64,000 nucleotides of DNA from Perkinsus chesapeaki ATCC PRA-425. Taxonomy: Eukaryota > Protista > Perkinsozoa. The DNA is taken from contig JAAPAO010000018.1 in NCBI GenBank assembly GCA_013115145.1, positions 62,001 to 126,000 on the forward strand, given 5' to 3'. The position numbers and the translations under genes are program-made. Positions 1-12,394 of the stretch are shown here, in pieces; position 1 is the first letter of the stretch; each line of letters starts with the position of its first letter. The notes beneath the pieces are model-generated. The model saw nothing but the letters and a program-made list of their open reading frames with translations. It had not been told where the DNA came from and searched no databases.

Positions 1-286
1 AACTTATAGAAATATACAACGTAAATGTTACACAAGAAACCGGATGACCGAGAACTCATAGAAGTAGATTACAAATTGTAAGATTTTAAAAGTAGAGTCT
101 TACAAATATTTCATTTCCTTTATGAAATATATTCTTATAAATGCCTATAATGCGTTGCCTCTCTGCATTCAATAATCCTTTAAACTTTCAACCTAGTCGT
201 TATATCTTCGTTTACCTCATATAAACCATACACCACCATCATCGATCAAGTCACGTGTGCTGATTGTGTCCAATCCTGTCCCCTTC

Positions 287-3200
287 CTACCCCTTGGCAT
301 TCTTTTCCTTATCATCATCACTATCCTCCACCGCCTCACATGACTTGCTAAACCCGGCTGTTGCTCCTGTTCTCATCTTCGAGCTCACACTACAATCCAT
401 CACCCCGGCTCGACTAGTATCATTCTCCCCCTTAAACCTGTCCATGAGCTCATCCAGCCCCTTAGCCCTCTCCGTCAGCCCCGCAGCAGTCTCTATATCA
501 GTGTCGCTCTCCCAAGTGCTCTCAGCATACCCAAGACCACACCATTTACACAGATATTCAGTCGCGCCAGAATCGCCCATGCGAACTGCTAGTATCTTTT
601 CGACGGTAACATAAGCTGGATTTATCAAACCCGAACCTAAACAGGTGATGACGATGTAGAGCCAATCGCGAGTGAGCGCGAAATCCCAGGCACGCTGATT
701 TACGCGCAACTTGAACGCACTTGAAATGACCCAGAAATTGTTCTGATAACATATCACTGGAGGGCAGCCCCATCAAAACCATCAACACGCTCTATGCACT
801 TTCAATTTCCTATTTTCCTGTGACAATACCGAAACACTCCTATAAGACCTCCTTCATAAATGAGCCAGTCTTACCTGTGAACGATGCCTCCTTAAGATTC
901 GCATGCCTCTGAGGAGTATCCTCTCGAGACCCTCGATGATTCTTCTGATTGAAATTTCGCATCTTGGTTGATCTCTGGTCGCCCTAACCCAAACCCTTCC
1001 CTCCCTCCCGCCAGCCCTCCCCCCGACTACCTCCAAATCAATCATCTCATCATCCGGCACCCACATCACATGAAGATAGCTCAGATGAGCAAACTTACAA
1101 AGATACTCGAAACCACGACCTGAATGTCGTTCCACAAATTCCCCGCCCATGACCATCTTACCCAGCGCCCGTCTTCCTATTATCTTTTCTATCTTCGGTA
1201 CCTCTGCCGCCTTCTCCGGACTAACCTCCTCGATGTCGGTATCAAAACCATCACCTGCCATGAACGCCATCAAGAATCCACACTTCCCCACAGCATAAGC
1301 ATCTATTCATGAAGCCTCTGTATTAGTTTTCTAACCCTTGGCGTTTGGTGTTCTCTATCCCACCTAACACATTGATCTGACAAGCCTCTTCTTGACCCCC
1401 CATCATCTCTATCTAGAGACTGTCATATATCTCCCTATCCAGTTGTGATGATGATGCCGTTTAAGATAAGTGTGCACTCAGTAGTATCCTTCCAGGTATT
1501 GGACAACACCCAACGTTCGACCATCACAAGACACCAATCCAATTAAGCAACCAAATTTTCTCAGAATTCACTTCTCACCCCCAACACATGGCCGTGTAGC
1601 AACGAGCGCTCAGTCCAACCAAGAGCTCGAGTGGGAATCGTACGAGAGTCTACGTTCGCCTTTGTCTGACTTGAGGAACTGCATTAGTATCCTAAGTTAT
1701 ATATATAGAAGAAATGATGAACAGCAAGCTCTCATGGTCGAAGAGATTACGGCTGCTGCTACTGCCTATTCATGTCCCTCTCTAGATGACTGTCACTTGG
1801 AACCTCCTATATCCGCAAGCATTACAAGTGCACGGCAAAATAGAGTATTTCCCCCCTCAAAAGGATACATCATTAAGGAGAATTGATGAATCACTTTCAC
1901 CAAGCTGCTTCCATCCTCCCCCTTACTACCAGCAAATCGAGCGTCCCGTCCACCACCGCCGTCATCAGACTCGTAATCATCCTCCAACATCTCATCTTCC
2001 GATTCGCCACTACTGGCTGAAGATGATGAAGAGCTTGCTTCCTCTTCGTCATCATCATCATCATCATCGCTATCATCCTTGGTCTGCCGCCTAGCCTTGC
2101 CCCTTAGCCCTCCTCGATTACCCACACCTTGGCCGCGACGGAGAACGCGTCGCTTAGATTGGGGTGGTGAAAGCTCTCTATCTTCATCCTCTTCATCACT
2201 GAAGGTAACTGAAGACAGATTACAGTGTGAGTCGAGCAGTGGTGGATGAGGTAGACCTAATATCCCCCCCTATACCAATACAGTCCTTCCCTATCCCCCC
2301 TATACCAATACAGTCCTTCCCTATCCCCCCTATATTACACCGTTTATCCACTCCAAAGTCCCTAGCCTTCTCTTTACCGAACATCTCATCCAACGGTTGA
2401 TCATCATCATCCTCATCTTTAATTCTGCACACAACTCTGTCCCCGTCCTCCCTTCCCCCATCCCCCTACTTCCTCAATCTCTGTGACCTCTTCTTCACCG
2501 GCGGCTTATCCTCCTCCTCATCACTGTCGCTGCTCAGCTCCTTTATTTTCCTTCTCGGTCTCTTCTTACCACTCCGTGTCATCGGCACTACCATCCCCAA
2601 GACTCATCCCAGCTCACCAGCAAAGCCCCTACCTCCGGGGTCCTCCAGACACTTCTTAGTTGTCTTCACTCGATCCCTTTTCAACACTGCCAGCTTGCTC
2701 TGAAAGCCACTACCTGCCTCCCTCCCGGCCATCATGTCTTCAACCTACTGCATTTGTCCGAGGCTTGTGCCATGATCCTGTATTCAACTCTTGGTCCTCG
2801 AACTTACTACTATTGAAGAAGTTATCAAGAGCGCTGCCCCAAACTCGAGCTGTTGTTGCCGGTGAAGGAGTTGGCCTAAAAGGGAATAGGTAATACTGAA
2901 AAACTTAAGAACTGATAATACTATCAAACCTACTCTACAGCCATATTAATAATATTTCAGTACATCACCACACCATTACGCCACACTTCCCCTCTCTCTT
3001 CCACTAGCACTGGACCTTCCATATTTCGGCCCGATCTTCCAGCCGTATCAGGACCAAATTTACCCGACGACACGCATTGCAACATAAACCGATGTCCATT
3101 TCCAATCACATCACCCGAAGTGTCTTCCGAACAATTCGTCGATCGGAATATTTTTTCCCAAATTAATAATTCCCCTACCGAGCCCATCGGTCCTGTCCTC

Positions 3201-3321
3201 TACGGATGCCCTACTTCTTTTCACTTGTCCCAATCGGCTTGTCATCATCACTATCATAATCCTCATCATCAGACCCCAATCTCTTCTTCTCCTCCAACGA
3301 CAGTATACTTGGTGTCGCCAT
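287..3321 (-). CDS. CHD-type chromatin remodeller, N-terminal multi-exon part with tandem chromodomains; the 3' part probably lies beyond the left window edge
   Basis: Two chromodomain-like segments: IEKIIGRR...FEYLCKFAHLSYLHVMWVP (854-1291) and VEKILAVR...EYLCKWCGLGYAESTWE (287-757). Preceded by acidic/Ser/Lys-rich exons; putative start MATPSILS at 3321. No helicase domain inside the window. Confidence 0.65.
2261..2334. repeat. 30-bp tandem repeat, about 2.5 copies
   Basis: Unit CTATCCCCCCTATACCAATACAGTCCTTCC read directly; probably intronic within the CHD-like gene. Confidence 0.85.
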
Positions 3322-3434
3322 TACCAGTTTCGAAGGCGACCTGTCTCATTTATTACCCATTGAACTCAATACACAGAAAAGGAATATGAAACACAAAATC
3401 AACAACATCAACAATAGTAATAACAGTCTGTCCT

Positions 3435-6400
3435 CTACGCCTTAGGCGCGCTGCTGCCACCGTTGAGATATACACTAGGATCCACACCAACCAACACTTG
3501 TCCAACCAGATCATCATTAGGCTGAACTCCTCCACCTTGTAGGGCGTCATACCTAAAATGGTATCAACAATCAGTACAGCACAAGCTTATACCGAAGGCA
3601 CTACACATACAGTGCGCGTCATCTGAAACTGGGCGGACGATTTTCTCACCAATTAGAACCAATTTTCTCCAGATACATTCTCCGTTGAAATGCACGAGCT
3701 TACCCTTACTCATTAATGCATCTCTATGTGCTATTACGAACTCTGTCATTTCATACATACGTCGGTACTAGTAATTATTATTTTGGACATTTCGTAATAA
3801 GAAGTATACAAGATAATAATACTATTAACACTGCCGGTACTTCGCCCACTACTTCTACAGTAATAGTAAAATCGAATCTTAATAGTGCAATGTTGAATAA
3901 GCAATTCTCAGTGTTCAGTGTGGTACTAGCAAGGGAAAGAAGGCAAGTAAATTGACCAAACTTCCAAACCCGAAATCCATCCTTATATCCCCAACGATTT
4001 CAAAACGAAGGATCATATATCCCAGTTCGAATATTTTCCCGCGCGCCACAAAACTCACCATATGTATTGCAAGAGTTCCGTATTATTAAGTGCCAATGAT
4101 GACTTGACTTCAGTAAATGCTCTAGTCTCAGCCGTTATATATTGCTCGAGCACCGCAGCTGCAGCCTGACCTTCTTGTAACTACTTACAACACCTTATCC
4201 CTCTACAGTGTCGTCGACGTTGTGTTATTACTGTCTTCATAGCTTGTCCTTGTGCCCTCGATACTGTTGCATTAGCCTGCGCTGCAGCTATAATACGATC
4301 AGTCTTCATACCGACCTTTGCTGCATCACGGAGATTGATATTACCTAGTAACATACTATTATATAGGCTAGAGAGGCAAGTAAGACCATAGGCACAACAA
4401 AGTTAAGAGATTGTAAAAGCGGTATAGGCAAGAAGATTGCAACGTGAACCCACACGGCGGTGCCGGCGGCGAGCATGCTGCCGGGTACCCTAGTAACACG
4501 CTGCTCGTGTCCTGATATGGGAAATACTACATACTAAAAAATTGCCATTCATACTCTGATACCGGCTTAAGGCAGGCCAATGATCGGAATGATGATGACT
4601 GTGATAAGTTAATACCCGAGTGATGATCGGCTAAATCACTGCTACAGTTTTATTCAGATAGTGCTCCCAACGCCAGCAATATGAGTAACTCCTCAGCTAC
4701 ATGTGAAATCCATACCGACTTTTCCCCAAATCTCTTACGAGTAATGTTCTGTTTTGTGTTCGCAGCTGTTAAAACTGAGTCATAGAACTCATCCGGTAGC
4801 TGATCCTCATTAATCTGCAGACCCATGATGGCCGCATGAAAATTTTTCTAAAAAATACAACCAATAACACACTCGCTCACAGGCAACAATAATTCCGACA
4901 TGCGAGCCCTTCCTTAGCTGCACTAGATATCCTGTACCGACCCAGGCACCCCAGTGCGTCTAAACATCTCATTATTTGACCACAGCCCGTTGTTACAGAG
5001 TTAACCCCTAGTTCATCCTAGCATGCTTTCTCCATCAAATGTTATAATTAGGTTTCTGTAAGAATTTCTCTCACTTCAGCCCCACCAATACATACCCGTC
5101 GCTCCGAAGCACATGAGCTACGTGTTCAAATATCATATCAATGTTATAATTATTAGTGATTACAGAAGATACCTTTCTACATTACCAGCGTATCATACCG
5201 ATAGAGCTCAGCTACACTACATCATACAGTACGATTCGTACCAGTCGAGTTATTTACAGATCTAACTATTGCTCCGAATGACATGAATTCGAAGATCGTC
5301 AATCTCGTGTCCTACCCTGAAGTGTTGATCCAAGTAACTCATCATTCCGCGGGCAATCATCTCCTTACTGTTGAAAAATTGGTAGGCACTAAACTGTGTG
5401 GCATACCTACCAACAAAGACTTTCATTCCCGCGCGCCACGAAATAGCAAGCCTACTCAGTAGCGAGATGGTTAGCTACTAATGTGAAGGTCTTCTCGAAA
5501 TCCTGGCCAAGCTCCATATAAAGGTCGACGGTCTCATCGGGTAAAAGCTGATACCTACAATAATCAACGTGTGGTATCATAGGTTGATTCAAGCACTATT
5601 CCTCTCAAGTAGCTGTGCTAGAATAGGTAAGGAGATAGAGGGATATACTCATGATCCGAGGGAAATACGGTATAAATAGGCAGAAATTGGTATGCTATTC
5701 CCAGTAGCAGGTCTTACTGGAAAGCAACTCCTAAAACTAGAGGGAGGCCATCACTGGTTCTGGCATGAAGAACATCATAATCAGATGTAGAGAATTCAAT
5801 GGTCCTCACCGTCTTAGGATAATACACCTGCAAAAATGCCCTCACCAGGGATCGAACCAGGAACCTTTCTCTTACGAAATACGCGAATGGACCGATAGTG
5901 TAAAGGCCCGATTCCACATAAGGCTTCGATGCAACATGCTTGAGGATATTGTCGTACTTAACACCAATCTCTGTTGCTGGAACTCTTGAGAATGACAATG
6001 CCAATAGCTAAGAGAAGAAGACAAAGTGAAGGGAATCATGCACGAAACATTGACCTAAATCACGCTAATCTTTCGTTTCATTTTCACAGTTAAGCGCGAA
6101 TTAAGTTACATAATATTAATCTGGCTGCATAGTACATAACAGCTGATACATATCTTTATATAACGAAAGGAACATGTTAATATATAGAATACGCACAACG
6201 CTCAATACAATCAAGGTTTCGACATGCATTATCCACCATAGTGTTTTTCGTTGAGTAAATGTCAGTCATCCATTTCGTGACGCATATTAAAATATGAAGC
6301 TGCTTAAGGCTGGAGCAGATGACTTATGCCAGCAGACAGGACAGGAGTCCCTTATGCACCAAAGCTATAGATGCGAATACTGTTAGAAATTACAACCTTT

Positions 6401-6528
6401 TTAAGAAGGCTATAGATAAGCCATAGATATCATAAGATGAGCAACACACCCATCCTACTAGAGGGACTTACCACTATTGCAACAATCAGTAATGGAGACC
6501 ACAGTATCAACTTTTGAATGTTATTCAT
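3435..6528 (-). CDS. SPFH/band-7 (prohibitin/erlin-like) membrane protein, paralog B, multi-exon
   Basis: Spliced by eye: MNNIQKLILWSPLLIVAIV/LLALSFSRVPATEIGVKYDN...GLYTIGPFAYF/VYYPKTVRTIEF...RTSDGLPLVLGVAFQ/YQLLPDETVDLY.../YATQFSAYQFFNSKEMIA.../GLQINEDQLPDEFYDSV.../AAAQANATVSRAQGQA.../YDALQGGG...SAPKA*. N-terminal TM anchor, SPFH core and AQ/AE-rich coiled coil. Confidence 0.8.
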
Positions 6529-6863
6529 GAACAGTAGGAAACAACAACAACAACTGGGAAACTAATGAAACAAATGACATAACAAGTGCTATTCGGGTTT
6601 CTGGGTTCCCTGCAGTTTTCGGGTTTTCGCTCACTACAGTGGATTACAATAGTATTTCCCAGTCATAGAGGGAGCTGCAGATCGTAAACAGACCAGATAT
6701 TCGCCTCCTCTCTGAACATCACCAGTATCCGAAAGCAACATCGCCTCCATAAACTACTATACCGAATACATTGCCACACTATAACATAATATCCTTCCCT
6801 TCCGAAGAGAAACACAGTCGATAGTCACTTTACAATTTATCATTGGTAGACTAATCCTCGTCA

Positions 6864-9800
6864 TCATAGCTCATCATGGACTCTAGCTGTCTGCTTAACC
6901 GGAGACGATCCCAAACCCATAACAACAGACCCTCCACGACGGGTGCCTGTTGCACTCTTAAGCTCAAGATACTTGGAAAACTCAGAAGGTGCGAGCCGCA
7001 GTTGCTCAGAGAGGTGTTGGTATCTGAAAGATACGCTTTACGCACCCGTAAGATTTCCATATTCCCTACGCTGCCGCCTTAGTGGCCTGTTTCATCCTAA
7101 AGGCCTCCTGCATAGCCTCGGCTATTATGACCCTCGCCTTTGCCTCACCAGTTGCTGTTATGTTGGCGATACGAGCCTGAGAATATAATTGGTTCAGAAT
7201 CCAAAAGGCTAAAAGATGCAAGAGTAGAACTGATGGGAATTCTCAGAGATTTATCAGCGACATATAGGCCGCCAATCGCTGTGCAGTATGGTAAATACTA
7301 TATGTATCAGTTTGATGGGAAACTAACATAATTTCGAAGATTCCCTCAAGTTTTTGAATGAAACAAACGGAGTACGATAACTACAAAAACTACTTGCAAC
7401 AAACTTATACATTAACAATTCCCTCCTCTCAGTAGGACAGTTATTTTACCGATAGAGGTGGTCTAGACTACAGGTACGTGATACAATTTAATGGACATAA
7501 ACGAAAATACGGTATGGAGCTTATTCGCCGACATTCAATATACTCTACCAGTTAACATTCTATTGTGCAGCATCTTCGAAAGTATCCACACTCCAAGTTC
7601 CGTCACGAAGCCCGCGCAAAAACGAACTTTTTCAACCAATTTTCCAACGAAAGTATCTCCTTATTTCTTCCAGGTCACTCATTATCTCAATCCTACCTGA
7701 TTCTGTGCCAGCATGACCTCAATACTCTGCCTAACGCCAGCAACTTCCTGTGCATACTCATTAATAACCTTCTGTTGCTCTGCAACCTGATTAAAGATGC
7801 CCACCACGATAAATCTACAACCACACACATTCCTACCTGAATAGCCGTGATGGTGTCCTCGTAACTTGTCACGAAGTCCGTACGAAGGATCTGAAAACAT
7901 TCTTGCCAACCCGAAACGCCGGCATATATCTCAAAGCTGCTGCCCCTCCATAAAGACGGCAGCGACCGCCAACCTTGAGGCACGGTCTCAGAATATCTGC
8001 TCACCATCTCCCGTTAAATGTTGTAATTTCATTGCTGGAGGGCTGGACTGAGACGTTCTATAGTGTTTCGAGAAAAAACAATCCATTCAAATTTTCCCCG
8101 GAAATTTACCGAACATGTTCTTTTTTTGAAAGATTTCCCAACACCGTGACAGACTAAAACTATCAACAAAAGCATACCAACATCCGGAACCCACCGGTAT
8201 TTGTCTCCAGCCGAGAATCGAACCCGCGACCTCCACTTACCTGGAAGAAGCGTATCTTACTGCCCGCGCCTTGGCTTATGAAAGTGTTATTCAAGACACT
8301 TTCCATAGTGTCAGATATACGCTTTCGATCTTGCCAGAAATCTTGCGGCACGAATCTAAATTTCGCACTGTGAAGATTTTCTCATCCTCCCTTATTACCT
8401 TTGCGCTGTATTCGACACTGCGTTCCTAGCCAGAAGCCTGTACCGCACTAAAGCAGGGCCGAGGCCACCGAAAGACACGTAGACATCATGTAGATACTCT
8501 GGGTCGAACTGGAACCTGAGATGATATTACTCCGACCCAAGCAGAATTGATGGTCTTACTGAAGGGAACATGATATAGTAATGGGCTGTCCACCGCTATC
8601 GGGATCTGATTTGTCAGCACCGGTCCCTAAACACGTGGCGTAAAGCTGAGAGCTTTGCAATGATGTGTTGGGGTTGAGCGATCAGAGAGACTTGTTTAGT
8701 TCCATATACAAATTAATAAGCATGTATGTATGTCCAAAAAACATAGCGACTACATGTTAGTCATACTGGTAATGATGTCATTGTCGCTCAGAACCAAAGC
8801 ATAGCCAAGCCGTATTCGCCGAGGTATTTCGAAAGCTCCCGATCCGTCGTGTGCCCACAAAGTAATGTCCATAACCTCAGACAGGCGTACCCGTCGGTGC
8901 TTAAGAATTTCACGACTTTTCCCGCCAGAGACGTACTGTGGGAAACAAATGATATATCTCTCAGCAAGGGGTTTAGTCTCCATTCCTGATGTCTGAGCAC
9001 GTAGTAAGATATCATCGCTCGGTTAAGGTCGTTTTGAGTACACGTCATCTCTATCGCGGCGACTTACTCGTATTAACAGCCAATGGGCCAGTAAAGGCTA
9101 TTGTGGTGTATGTAGCTGGGAACTTAACAAATGTCTGGAATGGCCATACCTATACAGAGCGCACATACTCCCCAAAAGATATGGTTGGACCTACCACATG
9201 CCTGCCTCCTCTATAGACACCGCCCTCTTCGGGAACAGAGCCAGTTATCATGTTACGCAGGATACCGACCTCATTGACTTCCAAAGTGGCCGTAAAGAAC
9301 ACCCAGAAGATAACAAAGAGAATAATGGCGACAACAGTGGACCATATGATGTTCTTCGTAGTACGGCCGCAGTCCCAACCGGTCCAATGCCAATCGTCAT
9401 TGTGATGACGAGTCTCCCCACCAGCTGTATGGTGATGGTCAAACCCAAATGCGGCGCGAAGACGGTCACGAATCTGACCTCATATGTATCTTCCTCGCTT
9501 CAAGCTGAGATACTCTCTACCTGTGATGACACATCAGCCCCTCCTCCTCCTTGTTGTTGTCCAAGCGGAGCTTGATAAGCTGGCTGTGGCGCAGATTGCT
9601 GTACTGGTGGCTGAGCCGGGCCACCAAATCGGAATACATTCCCAGTCGGTGGTGGTCCTCCTCCTGCTCCCTGTGGAGGTTGTATAGGTGGCTGAGGCTC
9701 CCCACTAGGCCTTCCACGCACTGCGCCAGGCCTATTAACATTGTACAATAGCAAAGGGTTCTCTGGATTCTCGCCGGTCCCTAATAAACAGCGTTATGTA

Positions 9801-9868
9801 CAACCATGCTATACACCCGTACCAGGCCTATTGGAATCGTTTTCGCCTGTGGCGCCGGTGTTGCTCAT
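6864..9868 (-). CDS. SPFH/band-7 membrane protein, paralog A, with Pro/Gln-rich N-terminus and C-terminal HDEL
   Basis: Exons MSNTGATGEND.../...IIWSTVVAIILFVIFWVFFTATLEVNEVGILRNMITG...GRHVVGPTISF/VKFPATYTTIAF.../QDFWQDRKRISDTMESVLN...IRFFQ/ILRTDFVTSYEDTITAIQ/VAEQQKVINEYAQEV.../ARIANITATGEAKARVIIAEA.../YQHLSEQL...TARVHDEL*. Stop at 6864-6866. Confidence 0.8.
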
Positions 9869-10015
9869 GAATGCTTTTTAAATAGATAAAAAACTCAACT
9901 TAGACTATGCTAGCCTTGGCGATATTGCCGTGTATCCAGTCACATTGAAAGGCGGAGCGAAGCGATTTTTGTTTACATTTTTGTTATAACACTTTTCATG
10001 CCTATCCCCGTTTAC

Positions 10016-12394
10016 ATGGCAGCAGTAGCAGGTATACCGTCAGAGTGGAATCTAAGCCTTTGTCCTTTAGCGGTCGATGAGCTGAACAACCACTGCAGAG
10101 GAAGGTAATATCTTTGGCGGCATGAAAGGGGGAAATAGGGATTAAAGTGAGAGGAACGTTTTGAGTGGAGGTTAATGAAGAGAGTTTTAAGGCGAATGGG
10201 ATATTAAATAGAGATGTTAGAATATATTTCTCTTGCAACTAGGCTAACCTCGAAAGTATCTTGTTTATGTTAACCTTATACGTATCTTTCGGCTGATATG
10301 TTCGCTCTGTAATCTACTCATACCCGGGCCTTAACTGCACTGCCTTAATAAAGAATACCGTACTGCACTGCCGTCCAACACGTTTTGCTATTCGTGTGTC
10401 CTCTACCAAGCGTCAAACTCCTTCCATTGAGCTCCACAATGATGCGCCACATTCTCAGTGCTCGCCAGCACTTGCTCGATTCCGATATACGCAAGCTTGG
10501 CTCAGCTGTGGGCAAGCCCGGCGAAGGTGTTAATAACAAGAGCGCGGTTATGAGAGATAACGTAGCCAGGCAGATAGAGAAGGCTACAGTGGTCGAGGAT
10601 CCTAGCAAAGGCGTAATGAGGCTAGGTCAGAGGTATTGGTAATTGGACCTTTATAGGGAGGCGTTCTCCTACAGCTTATAAAGGCCACTGATATTAGTAA
10701 GCCAGCAGCAGCCTCGGCAACCTATGAGGCATCTAAGGCAGCTGGTGGGGGTGGAGGGAAAAGAGTACTCTTATTACAGGCTACAGATGGCACACAGAAG
10801 GTAGTATAAGAAGGTTGGTTATAGTGGAGGTTGGAGATGCCTGCTCAAAGCTGCTTAATTAGTGAACAGTGCTGCTGCCTTCAGAGGTTACCAGGGAATG
10901 TACGATAATCTTGGCCTTGGGTTCCGCCACCCGCCACCTAGATATCACTGCTGAAAATCCGTTGATGTCGATCCAGTATATAGCTGTTCGTGCGACAGTT
11001 GTGATGATAAGGGTATCTTAGGTTAGCTGTCTTGAAGTGGACAAAGTGGATGCCCTTAACTTAGGCCTTCCACCAGGTGATGTGCCGATGATCAATCTCG
11101 TAATAGCAACCCCGTAGGTACTAAACTGCTATTAGATAGCACTACTGAGGTTATGAATGGCCAAGTCCTCCTCCGGCCGAATAAGGTAACCGAAGCAGTG
11201 AAGGTGACGGTGCAGGATGGATATGATAGGTTAAAGTGCTTGGGGGGACTGTGGAGAGATTAGTAGAGGCTTGGAAGGCTAATAAACTGGCGGCTGAGGT
11301 GAAAACCCGAAACCCGAAAACCCGAATTATAATCTTCTCAGTCTCGATTCGGTTCCGCTGGAGAGTCCACTCGAGCACGAGATGCTAATTCCGATGGCCC
11401 ACCGAAATTCGTGTCGTTTGCCGACCGTAATAAGATGCATAAAAGACAAAATATGAAGGCAGCCGTTACCACTGACAGTAAGTTGTCAGCATTTAGCCTG
11501 ATAGGATGCTGCCCTTTGGATGCCTAGCTTCATCATCATCTACGAACAATGGGCCATCAGCAGCTGAACCGGCTCCTACGGCCAGGTTTACTCGAGAGGA
11601 GTTGGGGGAGTCAACCGTGCCACAAGCAGCCGTACCGGAAATTGTAGGTTAATAAGACTGCATAGTAGCGGGTCATTGCATTTGCCAGGCTAAAGTGTCG
11701 AAGGACGCCTTTAAGAGCAAATACGACCATGGTAGGGCTGATAGGGGCGCTGGAGGGCACAGTGTGGTGGTCAGGTCAAGGATCGGCTAGAAGGGCTCAT
11801 GTTGGAAAGCATACTAGAAGGAATGAGGCACGAGCATTGGAGGCAGAATATAGCAGACCATCGGCTGGAGGTTGGCTGCCTTCATGAAGGTAGCTGGCAA
11901 TTTGTCAACCTCAGGAGCATCTTTGGGAGCGTACATTAATTTGAGAAAGTCGGATGATATGGCTGCTGCCATGGTGATGATGCGTTGGGTAGCGCTATAA
12001 GATAGAAGAACTTCCGTTTAGTTGCTATCCGAGGAGGAGGCCTTACCTCCGGAGCCACCAAGGCAGAGCTACGGAGGAAAAGGGAAGGGTCGATATAATG
12101 GTAAGGTGTTAGGTGGGTGGCTCATCCAGCCACAAGAAAACGTACAGTTGTCGAAACGCGTGCAGGGTGAATACTACCTAGTGGGAAAATGGAATCAGTT
12201 GCGTTTTTTGGGGGGGCAGTATCTCACGCTGGTCTATGTATTTCTGGTTAGATGACCATTACCAGCCACACAAGAAGGGCAAGGGTGGGAAGCACGGCGG
12301 GAAAGGGTCTCATAGTAAAGGCGGTGGCAAGGGGGGCGGTGGTAAAGGGCACAGCAAAGGAGGGAGAGGAGGAAAGGGTAAAGGAAGATGGTGA
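10016..12394 (+). CDS. TDRD3/RMI1-like protein (RMI1_N OB-fold) with Gly/Lys-rich C-terminal tail, multi-exon
   Basis: Spliced exon pieces LLDSDIRKLG, LIKATDISKP, ATDGTQK/VSCLEVDKVDALNLGLPP/GTKLLLDSTTEVMNGQVLLRPNK/VKVLGGTVERLVEAWK and DGPPKFVSF follow the RMI1_N/TDRD3 pattern (TDG...PPGTK...NG.LLL...VLGG.VE.L.E.W, then PP.FV.F). Ends ...GGRGGKGKGRW*. No Tudor domain recognised. Confidence 0.75.

Noticed and set aside
2950-3350. Frameshifts or pseudogenisation in the CHD-like N-terminus
   Set aside because: At least the first frame change can be explained by an ordinary GT-AG intron of about 40 nt, so no lesion needs to be assumed.
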